From Desulfobacterales bacterium (GTDB lineage Bacteria; Desulfobacterota; Desulfobacteria; Desulfobacterales; UBA2174), in NCBI GenBank assembly GCA_963668645.2, contig CAXXWC010000018.1, positions 160,001 to 224,000 of the forward strand: DNA of 64,000 nucleotides. Direction: 5' to 3'. The translations under genes were made by a program, and so were the position numbers. The number at the start of each line of letters is the position of its first letter. Position 1 is the stretch's first letter. Shown in pieces: positions 50,109-59,361 of this stretch. The notes under the pieces were generated by a model. That model searched no databases, was not told the origin of the DNA, and saw nothing but the letters and a program-made list of their open reading frames with translations.

Positions 50109-51182
50109 ATGATCCGACATGTTTTTGGCGTTCTACGCCGGAGGTGGATTTTTTGGGGCATACTCTTTTTGCCATGCCTGGCATCCGCGGCCGTTGCCGA
50201 GGAAACGCGTGTTTTTTTTACAGGCGGCCCCCATTTTGTCGAAGAAGGTGGCAACTGTACCGTTGCGCTGCAGGCGGTGCCGGCCGTTCCCGTCGCCGGT
50301 ATTCAGGTGGACGTGGTTTTCGATCCGACCCATGTTGAAATCACCGGAGTTCAGGAAGGGGATTTTTTCAAAGGGCAGGGCTACAGCACCTATTTCGTGC
50401 CGGGCACCATCGACAACGATCAGGGGCGGCTGTCCCAGATGGTGGGGGTGATCACGACCCCCGGCGGTGAAACCGGGCAGGCGGGCGTGATCGCCGAGAT
50501 CGCCTTTATGGGCAAAACCGCCGGAACGGCTGCCCTGACAATCGCAGAGCTCGTCATCGGCAACAAAGACGGGGCGGCCGTGGCGGCTTCGGCGGAGGCG
50601 GGAGAAATTCGGATAACGGCTGCGGACGCCGATGACGACGGTATCCCGGACGTGTGGGAAGAGACCCATGGACTGAACAGCGCTTTTGGAGACGACGCCC
50701 TTGAGGACCGTAACGCCGACGGCGAAAGCAACATCAACGAATATAAACGCGAGTTTCTGTCCTGGATCAGCGGCGCTGATCCAGAGTTGGAACGGGCGAA
50801 ATGGGATGTTGGCGGGGACGGGCGGTTGACGCTCGCCGAGGCAGTATGCGCTCTGCAGGCGGCGGCCGGATTGCGGCAGGCAGTGCTTTCCGACGCTGAT
50901 TCGGAAAGCAGCGCGGCCCTGGATGCCGAGGACGCCGATAATGACGGCATGCCGGACGCCTGGGAGACGGACCGTGGTTTGAATCCGCAAAACGCCCAGG
51001 ACGCCCTTGCGGACAGGGATGCGGACGGCGTCAGCAACATCCAGGAGTGCCTGCGGGAAGCCTGGCTGGCCAAGGAAACGACGGGGGCACTTGAGGCCCG
51101 AACGCCATGGGACGTCGGCGGTGATGGTATTATGGGGTTGGCCGAAGCGGTTCAGGCCCTGCAGGTGGCGGTGGCGAACTAG
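50109..51182 (+). CDS. Secreted adaptor: cohesin + two (TSP3-like Ca-binding + dockerin-like) repeats
   Basis: AGIQVDVVFDP...TYFVPGTIDN; D.D.DG.PD.WE...GLN and WDVGGDG..LAEAV.ALQ, twice. Confidence 0.82.
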   Translation: MIRHVFGVLRRRWIFWGILFLPCLASAAVAEETRVFFTGGPHFVEEGGNCTVALQAVPAVPVAGIQVDVVFDPTHVEITGVQEGDFFKGQGYSTYFVPGTIDNDQGRLSQMVGVITTPGGETGQAGVIAEIAFMGKTAGTAALTIAELVIGNKDGAAVAASAEAGEIRITAADADDDGIPDVWEETHGLNSAFGDDALEDRNADGESNINEYKREFLSWISGADPELERAKWDVGGDGRLTLAEAVCALQAAAGLRQAVLSDADSESSAALDAEDADNDGMPDAWETDRGLNPQNAQDALADRDADGVSNIQECLREAWLAKETTGALEARTPWDVGGDGIMGLAEAVQALQVAVAN

Positions 51183-51375
51183 GGAGTTTCCATCCAGAAA
51201 TGGCCCTTTTCCGCAATCTCGGTCTCAGACCGCGGAGTTTCTTGTGCGGCGTACTACCCGTACGCCTCCGCGCAACTCCTTGTCTTCCTTGATCTTGCGA
51301 AAAATTGCTCATTTCTGAATCGGAAACTCACCGGTGCCCGGTTCCCATTTCTGGATGGGCACTAGGGAGGACAAC

Positions 51376-52809
51376 GTGAAGCGATGCTTTTCAAAATCAA
51401 AAACAACGGCCTGGAGCGTAGCAATCCTTTTCGGGCTGTTGGCTGCCGGGGGGGCCGTTGCCGCTGACTGGCCCCAGTTTCAAAACGGTGCCACAAGACC
51501 CGGCATCACCTACGATGCCGCCCCTGTTACGGCGCCGGCAGTACGCTGGAAAACCTTTACCCATTACCACTATACCCACGGCATCGACGTGCCGGCGGTC
51601 ATCGCCAACGGCCGGGCCTTTGTCATTGATGTGGACGAATACGCCTGGGCCTTCAATGCGGACAACGGGGCCATGATGTGGTCCGTGCCGCTGACCGAAG
51701 GGAACCGCTTCACCCTGGCCACGCCGGCTTACGGCGACGGCAAGATTTTTTTCGCCACCTCCACCGGCTGGATCTACGCCCTGGCGGAAGAGGATGGCAC
51801 GGTGCTGTGGAGCGGCAAGCTGACTCAAGGGGCGTATCAGGAAGAGGAGCTTTCCACGCAGATCGCTTATGACGACGGGCGGGTTTACGTCGGCAGTTGG
51901 GAAGGCGTTTACTACGCCCTGGACGCCATGGGAGACGGCGGCGGCCAGCCGAAGATTTTGTTTTCTTACGAAATCTCGGAGGGCGGCTACGATTGGTGGT
52001 CCGGCCCTACCGTGGTCGGTCCATATCTGCTGTTCGGCGACACCCGGTCGCATATGGTCTGCCTGGACAAGGTGACCGGTGAGAAGACGGCGGAATTCGA
52101 CGCCGGGCAGTATTTCGGAGTGGATGCAGGCTCCATCCGCTCGGCAGCGACCTACGACGCGGGCAACGGCCGCATCTATTTCACCTCCAAAAACGGCTAT
52201 CTTTTTGCCGTCGGCTTCGATCGGGGCGTTGGGCAGTTCGACGGGGCCAGCGGCTGGGTCGTCCCGGCGGGAAGTTACAGCGCTTCGACGCCAACTTTCC
52301 ACGACGGGCGGATCTATGTCTGCACCGGGAGTTTTCAAAAAACCGGCGGTTTGAGCTGCCACGGGGCGGCCGATGGCGGGGTGATCTGGCAGCACGCCTT
52401 CGACGGTTACGGCTCCGAAGGCGCACCGGCCATATCCGTGCAAAACGGGGAGGCCTACATCTTCATTTCCACGGATACGGGCGCGGGAACTTTTTACTGC
52501 TTCGACAAAGACGGCAACATCCGATGGTCCCACGTGCCGGACCATCCTGAATACATACTCCAGGGGGCCGCCATCTGGGACGGCAAGGTCTACTTCACCA
52601 ACGATGCGGGCTATATCTACTGTATGGGGGATCCCCTGGAAGCCGACGTGAATCGGGACGGGGCGGTGAACGTGCTCGACATGATCCGCCTCGGACAGCA
52701 TTGGAACCAAACCGGTGTGCCGGGATGGATCACCGAGGACGTCAACGCCGACGGCGTCGTTAATATCCTCGATATGATTGTGGTGGGGCAGAACTGGTCA
52801 GGGAGCTGA
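51376..52809 (+). CDS. Secreted PQQ-like beta-propeller with C-terminal dockerin, no. 2
   Basis: GGAGG RBS with GTG start; ADWPQFQ; DVNRDGAVNVLDM...EDVNADGVVNILDM. Confidence 0.88.
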   Translation: MKRCFSKSKTTAWSVAILFGLLAAGGAVAADWPQFQNGATRPGITYDAAPVTAPAVRWKTFTHYHYTHGIDVPAVIANGRAFVIDVDEYAWAFNADNGAMMWSVPLTEGNRFTLATPAYGDGKIFFATSTGWIYALAEEDGTVLWSGKLTQGAYQEEELSTQIAYDDGRVYVGSWEGVYYALDAMGDGGGQPKILFSYEISEGGYDWWSGPTVVGPYLLFGDTRSHMVCLDKVTGEKTAEFDAGQYFGVDAGSIRSAATYDAGNGRIYFTSKNGYLFAVGFDRGVGQFDGASGWVVPAGSYSASTPTFHDGRIYVCTGSFQKTGGLSCHGAADGGVIWQHAFDGYGSEGAPAISVQNGEAYIFISTDTGAGTFYCFDKDGNIRWSHVPDHPEYILQGAAIWDGKVYFTNDAGYIYCMGDPLEADVNRDGAVNVLDMIRLGQHWNQTGVPGWITEDVNADGVVNILDMIVVGQNWSGS

Positions 52810-52864
52810 AACAATCTCAAAACCGAAAGCCCAGTGAAGAATCGATGATTTTAATGTTGCGACG

Positions 52865-54268
52865 ATGAAAAAAATAAAAACGATTTGGATCTGTCGGGCC
52901 GTTGTGCTGCTGGCCGGGCTATTGGCCGCCGGCGCCGCCGGCGCGGAAGACTGGCCCCAGTTCCAGTGCACGGCGGCGCGAAAGGGATGGACGACGGATT
53001 CGGCGCCCGTATTACGCCCGGTCCTCAAATGGCGGCGCTATGTAGACGGGTGCGGCGTCGGCATTGAATCGCCGCCGGTGGTCTGGAACGATCGGGTGTA
53101 TGTGATCGCCTGCAGCACCATCCTGGCTCTTAACGCGGCCACCGGACAGGAGGTGTGGCGGGCCGACATCTCCGGTCACGGCAGCCTGCAGTCGGGCACG
53201 CCGGCAGTGGGCGGCGGCATGCTGTTTGTCGTGACCTTCGACGGGTATGTCATGGCCTTGGATGCTGCCGGTGGAGATTTGCGCTGGTCCCGCAAGGTGG
53301 CCGCGCTGAATTTTCAATGTCCTTTGACCTATCACCAGGGGCGTCTGTATGTCGGGGAGGGCGGCACCGGCGGGACTCTCAACCGCTACTTCTGCCTGGA
53401 TGCAGCCGACGGCGACACGCTATGGGAATATGCGGCTCAAACCGCCGGGTACCTCTGGTGCGGCGCCTCCGTTGCCGGTGATTTTCTGGTGTTCGGCAAT
53501 GTCAACGGGGTGCTTACCGCCTTGCACCTGGCCGACGGCACGGCGGCCGACGTCCTCGACTTCCACGACCTTGGCATCGAGCCCGGGCGGATCCGGGCTT
53601 CGGTAAGCTTCTTCGACGGTTTTGTATACACAACCTCCGAAGCCGGCGCCGCGGCCGGCTATGTCTACAAGGTCCCCTTCGACACCGTAAGCGGGACGTT
53701 CGGCGATCCGACCTGGATGACGCCTTTCGGCTTCAGCACGTCCACGCCGGTCAAATACGGGGACCGGATCTACGTAGGGCAGGGCGAACACGGCTTCCCG
53801 GGACGACTGGTCTGCCTGAATGATGCCGACGGGTCGATTCTCTGGGACTATGCCGTTTACAGGGGGGTGAAGTCGTCGCCCGCCCTTTCGGCGACGCCGG
53901 CAGGGCTTCACATCTACTTTGTGCCGGCACAAGACGACGGAGCGATGACCTGCTTAACGGAAAACGGGAATTTGGCCTGGTCCTGGAACCCACCGGAAGA
54001 CGACGGCTATATTCTGCAAGGGGCGGCCCTGTCCGAAGGCCGGCTTTTTTTCGGCACAGGCAGCGGGAATCTCTTCTGCCTGGTCGAAGCTGCAACGGCC
54101 GACATCAACGGCGATGGCGGCGTGGACGTGCTCGACATGATTCGCCTTGGACAGCAATGGAACCAAACCGGTGCACCGGGGTGGATTGCTGAAGACATCA
54201 ACACGGACGGCATCGTGAATATCCTGGATATGATCATCGTGGGGCAGAACTGGTCGGGGCGCTTATGA
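52865..54268 (+). CDS. Secreted PQQ-like beta-propeller with C-terminal dockerin, no. 3
   Basis: EDWPQFQ; STSTPV, SSPAL; DINGDGGVDVLDM...EDINTDGIVNILDM. Confidence 0.88.
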   Translation: MKKIKTIWICRAVVLLAGLLAAGAAGAEDWPQFQCTAARKGWTTDSAPVLRPVLKWRRYVDGCGVGIESPPVVWNDRVYVIACSTILALNAATGQEVWRADISGHGSLQSGTPAVGGGMLFVVTFDGYVMALDAAGGDLRWSRKVAALNFQCPLTYHQGRLYVGEGGTGGTLNRYFCLDAADGDTLWEYAAQTAGYLWCGASVAGDFLVFGNVNGVLTALHLADGTAADVLDFHDLGIEPGRIRASVSFFDGFVYTTSEAGAAAGYVYKVPFDTVSGTFGDPTWMTPFGFSTSTPVKYGDRIYVGQGEHGFPGRLVCLNDADGSILWDYAVYRGVKSSPALSATPAGLHIYFVPAQDDGAMTCLTENGNLAWSWNPPEDDGYILQGAALSEGRLFFGTGSGNLFCLVEAATADINGDGGVDVLDMIRLGQQWNQTGAPGWIAEDINTDGIVNILDMIIVGQNWSGRL

Positions 54269-54305
54269 CCAAAGGACGGAGTCCGGAGTACGGAGGGCAG
54301 AGGAT

Positions 54306-54348
54306 AAGATGGCGGCGCCGGCCGGCGCAGAGCGCATCTTTTTTTTTT
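54306..54348 (+). terminator. Putative terminator/attenuator between propeller 3 and the TonB-dependent receptor
   Basis: AAGATG...GCGCCG-GC-CGGCGC...CATCTT followed by a T-run. Confidence 0.5.
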
Positions 54349-54357
54349 CATACATTC

Positions 54358-56415
54358 ATGACCCAATATCCCTGTAAAACGCAGAATTCAATTGCGGCGA
54401 TGTTGCGGCTCGTGCTGCTGGCAGCCCTGCTGCTGGCGATCGGTGTCCCCATCAGCCATGCTGAGAACGGGCAGGAAAGGGGCGGCTCATATTCGGATGC
54501 CGCGGATAGCTCCACGAAAGAATCCACCGATGACCCGATAGTCCTCGACGAAGTCGTCGTCAAGGGCGTCAAGATCAAAGAGTCCACCGGGGTAAGCGTC
54601 ATCAGCCGCGAGGACATCGAAAACAAGCAGAAAAACACCGTTATCGAGCTATTGCGGGACATTCCCGGCATCGACGTGGTGCAGACCGGCGGGCCCGGTA
54701 AATCCGCCCACGTCTATATCCGCGGCGCCAATCCCGAGCACACCCTGGTGTTGATCGACGGCGTGGAAGTCAGCGACCCCATGTCGCCGGCAAGATCGTT
54801 CGACTTCGGCTATCTGGGTACCGACGGCATTGACACCATCGAGATCCTGCGAGGAGCGCAGTCTCCGCTTTATGGGGCAAACGCCATGGGCGGCGTTATC
54901 AACATCACCACCCGAAAAAACAAGGGGCCTATCTCCGGGTTCGTTTCCAGCGAGGGCGGCTCGCTCGATAGCCGCAAGATCGCCGGCGCCGTCGGTGGAC
55001 GCATAGGATGGTTCAACGTCTCCGTAAACGGTTCCCACGCGGGTAGCGACGGTGTGTCGGCCGCCAACCGGGAAAGGCAGCAAAAAGGCGGAGGGCACGG
55101 CTTCATGGGCGAGGGCAGTACGGAAACCGAAATCCCCGAGCCGGACGGCTTCACCGACAACTCCTATTCGGCGAGGGTGGAATTCATGCCGATGGAGATG
55201 TGGAAGATCGAAGGCTTTTATCTGTGCAACGACTACGCCGGCGATCTGGACGACCATGCCGGCGCCGGTGGTGAAGATCCCAATTACGACATGGATATGA
55301 ATCACCGGCTATACAAGCTGGCCGGATCGCTACGCCTGTTCGGCGACCGCTGGGAGCAGACGCTGTCCCACGGGGTCTCCGAGACGGTGCGCACTTACGA
55401 AAACAAGGCCGATCCCCTGCATCACCTGAGCGAGGACTACGGCAGCGTCTATGATGGAAGCATCAGCCAGGACAAGTGGCACCATCACTTTGAGATTTTC
55501 CGGTGGGCCGAAGTTGATGTCGGTATCGAGGAGAAAAAAGAGCTTGGCGACTACAGCTACTACTCGGACAGCCACTGGGGACGATATAACTATCAATTCC
55601 CGCTTCGCACGGCGAGCACCACCAGCTACTACGGCAGTGCAAGGATCGAGTTCGGCGAGCGGTTTTCCGTCACCGGCGGCCTTCGCCGGGACGATCACAG
55701 CATGTTCGATTCCGAAACCACCGGACGTATTGAGACGCTCTGGATATGTCCCGGCGTCGAGACTTTTTTAAAGGCTTCCTACGGGACAGCATGGAAGATC
55801 CCATCGCTTTTTCAGCTCTATTCCCTGTGGGGCAACGAAGACTTGAAGCCCGAAGAGAGCACTAGTTGGGATATCGGCGTCGAGCAGGCCCTGTTCGAAG
55901 GCCGGCTCCGGGCGGGCGTGACCTGGTTCCGGAACGACTTTGTCGATCTGATTGACTACAACTATTGGAAGGGATACGTCAATGTGGAAGGCGCCCGGAC
56001 GGAAGGTGCCGAGATTTTCCTGCGGCTGGAATTATTGGATGATTTGACGCTCAGCGTAAATTACACTCACACCGAGACCGAGGACAAAACCACGGGGGAA
56101 AAGCTGCTGCGGCGTCCCCGGACCAAATACAGCGCCAATCTCAACTACGCTTTCACTCCCGGCCGTTTTTTTCACCAGGCGAACTTTAACCTAAATTACC
56201 GGTATGTGGGGGAACGGGAGGACTGGGTCCCATGGCCCCGGCGGGGCGTGGTGGAATCCTACTCGGTCGTGGACGTGGCACTGCATGTGGACATCAACGA
56301 CCGACTGCGGCTGTTCGGCCGCATCGAAAACCTGTTGGATGATGAATACCAGGAGGTCTGGGGTTTCGGTGTGCAAAGGCGGTTTTTCGCTGCTGGCCTG
56401 CGGGTCAGCTTCTAA
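54358..56415 (+). CDS. btuB: TonB-dependent outer-membrane receptor, BtuB-like
   Basis: TonB box LDEVVV; YIRGANPEHTLVLIDGV; IEILRGAQSPLYGANAMGGVINI; ENLLDDEY; terminal F; downstream of a B12 riboswitch. Start 54358 or 54400. Confidence 0.85.
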   Translation: MTQYPCKTQNSIAAMLRLVLLAALLLAIGVPISHAENGQERGGSYSDAADSSTKESTDDPIVLDEVVVKGVKIKESTGVSVISREDIENKQKNTVIELLRDIPGIDVVQTGGPGKSAHVYIRGANPEHTLVLIDGVEVSDPMSPARSFDFGYLGTDGIDTIEILRGAQSPLYGANAMGGVINITTRKNKGPISGFVSSEGGSLDSRKIAGAVGGRIGWFNVSVNGSHAGSDGVSAANRERQQKGGGHGFMGEGSTETEIPEPDGFTDNSYSARVEFMPMEMWKIEGFYLCNDYAGDLDDHAGAGGEDPNYDMDMNHRLYKLAGSLRLFGDRWEQTLSHGVSETVRTYENKADPLHHLSEDYGSVYDGSISQDKWHHHFEIFRWAEVDVGIEEKKELGDYSYYSDSHWGRYNYQFPLRTASTTSYYGSARIEFGERFSVTGGLRRDDHSMFDSETTGRIETLWICPGVETFLKASYGTAWKIPSLFQLYSLWGNEDLKPEESTSWDIGVEQALFEGRLRAGVTWFRNDFVDLIDYNYWKGYVNVEGARTEGAEIFLRLELLDDLTLSVNYTHTETEDKTTGEKLLRRPRTKYSANLNYAFTPGRFFHQANFNLNYRYVGEREDWVPWPRRGVVESYSVVDVALHVDINDRLRLFGRIENLLDDEYQEVWGFGVQRRFFAAGLRVSF

Positions 56416-56439
56416 CTTGGGGATCTTTTTTTGACAACA

Positions 56440-56672
56440 ACGAACAGCAAAGATTGGAAAAGGCGCTGGAACTCAACAAGCCGCTGGCGACGGCCTACTA
56501 TATGAAAGAAGACTTGAGGCGGCTTTGGAGTCAGAGCGACAAGAAAGCCGCCTACCACTTTCTCATCGACTGGATCTGGCGTGCAGGCACCTCCGGGATC
56601 GATATGCTTTTTCGTTTTGCTCGTACCCTGGCAACCCATATGGACGGCATCCTTGCCTACTACGATTATCCG
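56440..56672 (+). mobile_element. ISL3-family transposase fragment
   Basis: LELNKPLATAYYMKEDLRRLW.Q...W...A..SGI..L.RFARTL..H.DGILAYYDYP; ends at the boundary repeat. Confidence 0.8.
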
Positions 56673-56698
56673 GCTTGCCTATCGGGTCAAGTCGGATG
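56669..56698 (+). repeat. Right island-boundary repeat (attR-like)
   Basis: TCCGGCTTG-CCTAT-CGGGTCAAGTCGGATG; matches 32634-32664. Confidence 0.75.
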
Positions 56699-56850
56699 AT
56701 AGGGGCTTTACCCGGGCAAAATTCAGTAGTAAGGATAAAATTTCCGGACGGGGCCAGGCATGGGCGAATTTCTGAATGCCGCTTGCGGGGCTGCCTTGGG
56801 CGGATCAATTCCCTGTTTCACACTTCTTGGTGGTTTTGCAGGCAATCGAC

Positions 56851-57381
56851 GTGACAGCGGTTTATTCAAAACCCCATCGGTTTAAATTTCGGCCTCTGCT
56901 CTGGGGCACTATCCTGGCATCCATTCTCTGGTCGGGCTCGGCCTTGGTTCCGGCGTTGGGCGCTGCGACCGAAATCCACATCGATGCACAGACGGTATCG
57001 CCCGGCCAGACGATCAAGGTTCCCATCGTGATCGACAGGGTCGAAGACCTGGCGGGGGTTAAGATCGTGTTGCAGTATGATCCCGGCCAGCTCCGGTATC
57101 GCGCCACGGCCCGGGCCGCGGCGGCTTCGCAGATGATGCACGTGGTCAACGACAAGCGGCCCGGCACCCTGATCATCGTGATGGCCGGGGCGACTGGCAT
57201 CCGAGGCGAGAACCTGGCGCTGTTTTCCATCACTTTCAATGTGGCCGCCGAGCTGCCCGCGAAGACCCAGATCACCCTGCGCATTGCCGAAAGCCAGTTG
57301 ATGAGTGCGCAGCTCAAGGACATTGCCCATGCGGTGGCGGTATCACCGTTCAGGGTCAAAAAGACGGCCCAGCCGCAATGA
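56851..57381 (+). CDS. Secreted single cohesin-domain protein upstream of gspN
   Basis: Signal peptide; PGQTIKVPIVI...LAGVKIVLQYDP...PGTLIIVMAG; start uncertain (56776 or 56851). Confidence 0.75.
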   Translation: MTAVYSKPHRFKFRPLLWGTILASILWSGSALVPALGAATEIHIDAQTVSPGQTIKVPIVIDRVEDLAGVKIVLQYDPGQLRYRATARAAAASQMMHVVNDKRPGTLIIVMAGATGIRGENLALFSITFNVAAELPAKTQITLRIAESQLMSAQLKDIAHAVAVSPFRVKKTAQPQ

Positions 57382-57460
57382 ACCCCTTGCGGAAAATGCG
57401 TTCACAAGGAACCGTCGCTTTACGGCGGTTGCTGATTATCCGGACCTTCCCCTTGCCGCG

Positions 57461-58315
57461 ATGAAGCAACGGTCTTTATATTTTCTCTACCTGGTGGCGG
57501 TAACGGTCGTCTGGCTCTACGTGCAGTTTCCGGCCCGTGCCATCCAGGCCTATGTCGTTCAAAAGGCCGCGGCCCTGACACCCGGCCTGAGCATGGCGGT
57601 GGAGGCGGTCAACCTCAGTTTTCCGCTGGGGGTTCGTTTCGATGAGGTCGCCTTGAGTTATCAGGGGGCCCCGGCCCTGAATCTTGACTGGCTGGAACTG
57701 CACCCGGGATGGAAAAGCCTGATGCCCGGCCAGGCCGCCTTCGCCTTTCAAAGCGCCCTTGGGGAAGGCAAGGTCCTGGGGCGTATCGAAATGGTCCGGG
57801 GGCCGGATTGGAAGCCGAAATTTTTGCACTTCGACCTTGAGGCGGTTTCAGTGGCCGATCTGCCGATTCTGGCGCAGCAGACCGGCCGGAAAATCACCGG
57901 GATATGCAGCGGGGAGATAGTCTGCGGACCGGATGATGCCGCCGCTGAGGCCAAAGCCCATCTGGTGCTGGAGAACGGCCGCGTCGAGATTCGCCAGCCG
58001 GTGATCAAGCGCGAGAGCCTGGAGTTTGCCAGAGTCGATGCGCAGATTGAAGTGCAAAGATGGTCCGTGGCCCTGCGGCGTATCGTCTGGCAGGGACCCG
58101 AGATCGACGGGGAGTTTTCCGGCACCATCGAGATCAAGTCGCCCCTGGAGACCAGCCGGATCGAGATCCGCGGCGATCTGCGGCCCCATGCGGGATTTTT
58201 GACCGAACTGGGCCAGACCATTCCGGAACGGCTGCTCCCCAAACCCGGTCCGGGCGGCCGCTACGCGGTGCAACTGGCCGGAACCGTGGCCAAACCCCAC
58301 TATCGATGGCGTTAA
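57461..58315 (+). CDS. gspN: T2SS protein GspN
   Basis: N-terminal TM + LYVQFP; beta-rich body; C-terminal LAGTVAKP; precedes gspC. Confidence 0.8.
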   Translation: MKQRSLYFLYLVAVTVVWLYVQFPARAIQAYVVQKAAALTPGLSMAVEAVNLSFPLGVRFDEVALSYQGAPALNLDWLELHPGWKSLMPGQAAFAFQSALGEGKVLGRIEMVRGPDWKPKFLHFDLEAVSVADLPILAQQTGRKITGICSGEIVCGPDDAAAEAKAHLVLENGRVEIRQPVIKRESLEFARVDAQIEVQRWSVALRRIVWQGPEIDGEFSGTIEIKSPLETSRIEIRGDLRPHAGFLTELGQTIPERLLPKPGPGGRYAVQLAGTVAKPHYRWR

Positions 58316-58319
58316 AGCG

Positions 58320-59207
58320 ATGAAGACCATTTTTTTTACCACCGCCCAACTCCTGCTGCTGACCCTGGCGAGTTATTTCGGGGTTGGGCTTTTTTACCAG
58401 GTCATGAGCGCCGGCCTCGATCCGGCCATTTCCCCGGCAGTTTCGGCCCGCGCCGCCTCCCGGCCGGCGGGCCCGGAAACGGTCCGGCCGCTGGCCGCAT
58501 ACAGCGCCATCGCGGGGCGCAACCTGTTTCGTACCGCCGATCCGAACAAGGCGCCCGAGACGCCCAAGGCGGTCGATCTGGCCGCCTTGCAGGAGACCAA
58601 ACTGGATCTCAAGCTGTGGGGAACCCTGATCCTGAACGACGGGCGCGGCAGCCGCGCCGTCATCGAGGACAAACAGGCCGGCGGGCAGAACCTTTACCGG
58701 GTGGGCGACAAGGTCAAGGAGGCGCTGGTCAAGATGATCCTCAGAGAGCGGGTGGTGCTGGACGTGGGAGGCAAGGACGAGATCCTGCAGATCGAGGATC
58801 TGGCCGCCGTCTCCGGTGCGGTTCGCACGCCGCCCGGCGCAACGGCAGCACCGGCCGGTCCCCCGCCGGCCGAACCGGAACCGGTGGCCCGGGATGTGAA
58901 TCTGAGCCGCCAAACCATCGAGGAGGCCATGGGCAACGTGGCCGAATTGATGAAGCAGGTGCGCATCCGCCCCTTTTTCGAGGGAGGCAAACCGGCCGGC
59001 CTGAGCCTGGCCGGAGTCACCGCAGGCTCGATCTTCGAAAAGATGGGAATCCGCAACGGCGATGTGCTCCAGGCCGTCGACGGCCAGCCGATCCAGACGG
59101 TGGATGACGTGGTCAACCTCTACCAGAGCCTGAGCAACGCCGAGAACATCGCCATCCAGGTGCGCCGCGGCGGGCGGATCGAGGATATCCAGTACAAGAT
59201 CGAGTAA
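58320..59207 (+). CDS. gspC: T2SS protein GspC with PDZ domain
   Basis: TM; IAGRNLF; LKLWGT..AVIED; YRVGD; PDZ SIFEKMGIRNGDV. Confidence 0.9.
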   Translation: MKTIFFTTAQLLLLTLASYFGVGLFYQVMSAGLDPAISPAVSARAASRPAGPETVRPLAAYSAIAGRNLFRTADPNKAPETPKAVDLAALQETKLDLKLWGTLILNDGRGSRAVIEDKQAGGQNLYRVGDKVKEALVKMILRERVVLDVGGKDEILQIEDLAAVSGAVRTPPGATAAPAGPPPAEPEPVARDVNLSRQTIEEAMGNVAELMKQVRIRPFFEGGKPAGLSLAGVTAGSIFEKMGIRNGDVLQAVDGQPIQTVDDVVNLYQSLSNAENIAIQVRRGGRIEDIQYKIE

Positions 59208-59361
59208 GGGGCCCAGGCTCGCAAGTTATCCAGACAGCCTGCAGCCAGTTTCCCACCACCTGTTGAAAATGTCCGGCACCGAAAACCGGTTCTCCCAACG
59301 TCACGGCGGAAATGCCCAAAGTTTATCCTCCGCGTCTCCGCGCGATACCCAAAGCTGCTTG

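Noticed and set aside
34635..54268. True cellulosome or polysaccharide utilisation locus
   Set aside because: No glycoside-hydrolase or cellulose-binding module was recognised, and the leader is a B12 riboswitch. Lyase activity of the beta-helices cannot be excluded without a structure search.
45731..54268. Propellers as PQQ dehydrogenases or BamB
   Set aside because: They carry dockerins, have no lipobox, lack recognisable quinoprotein catalytic features and have no pqq/bam context.
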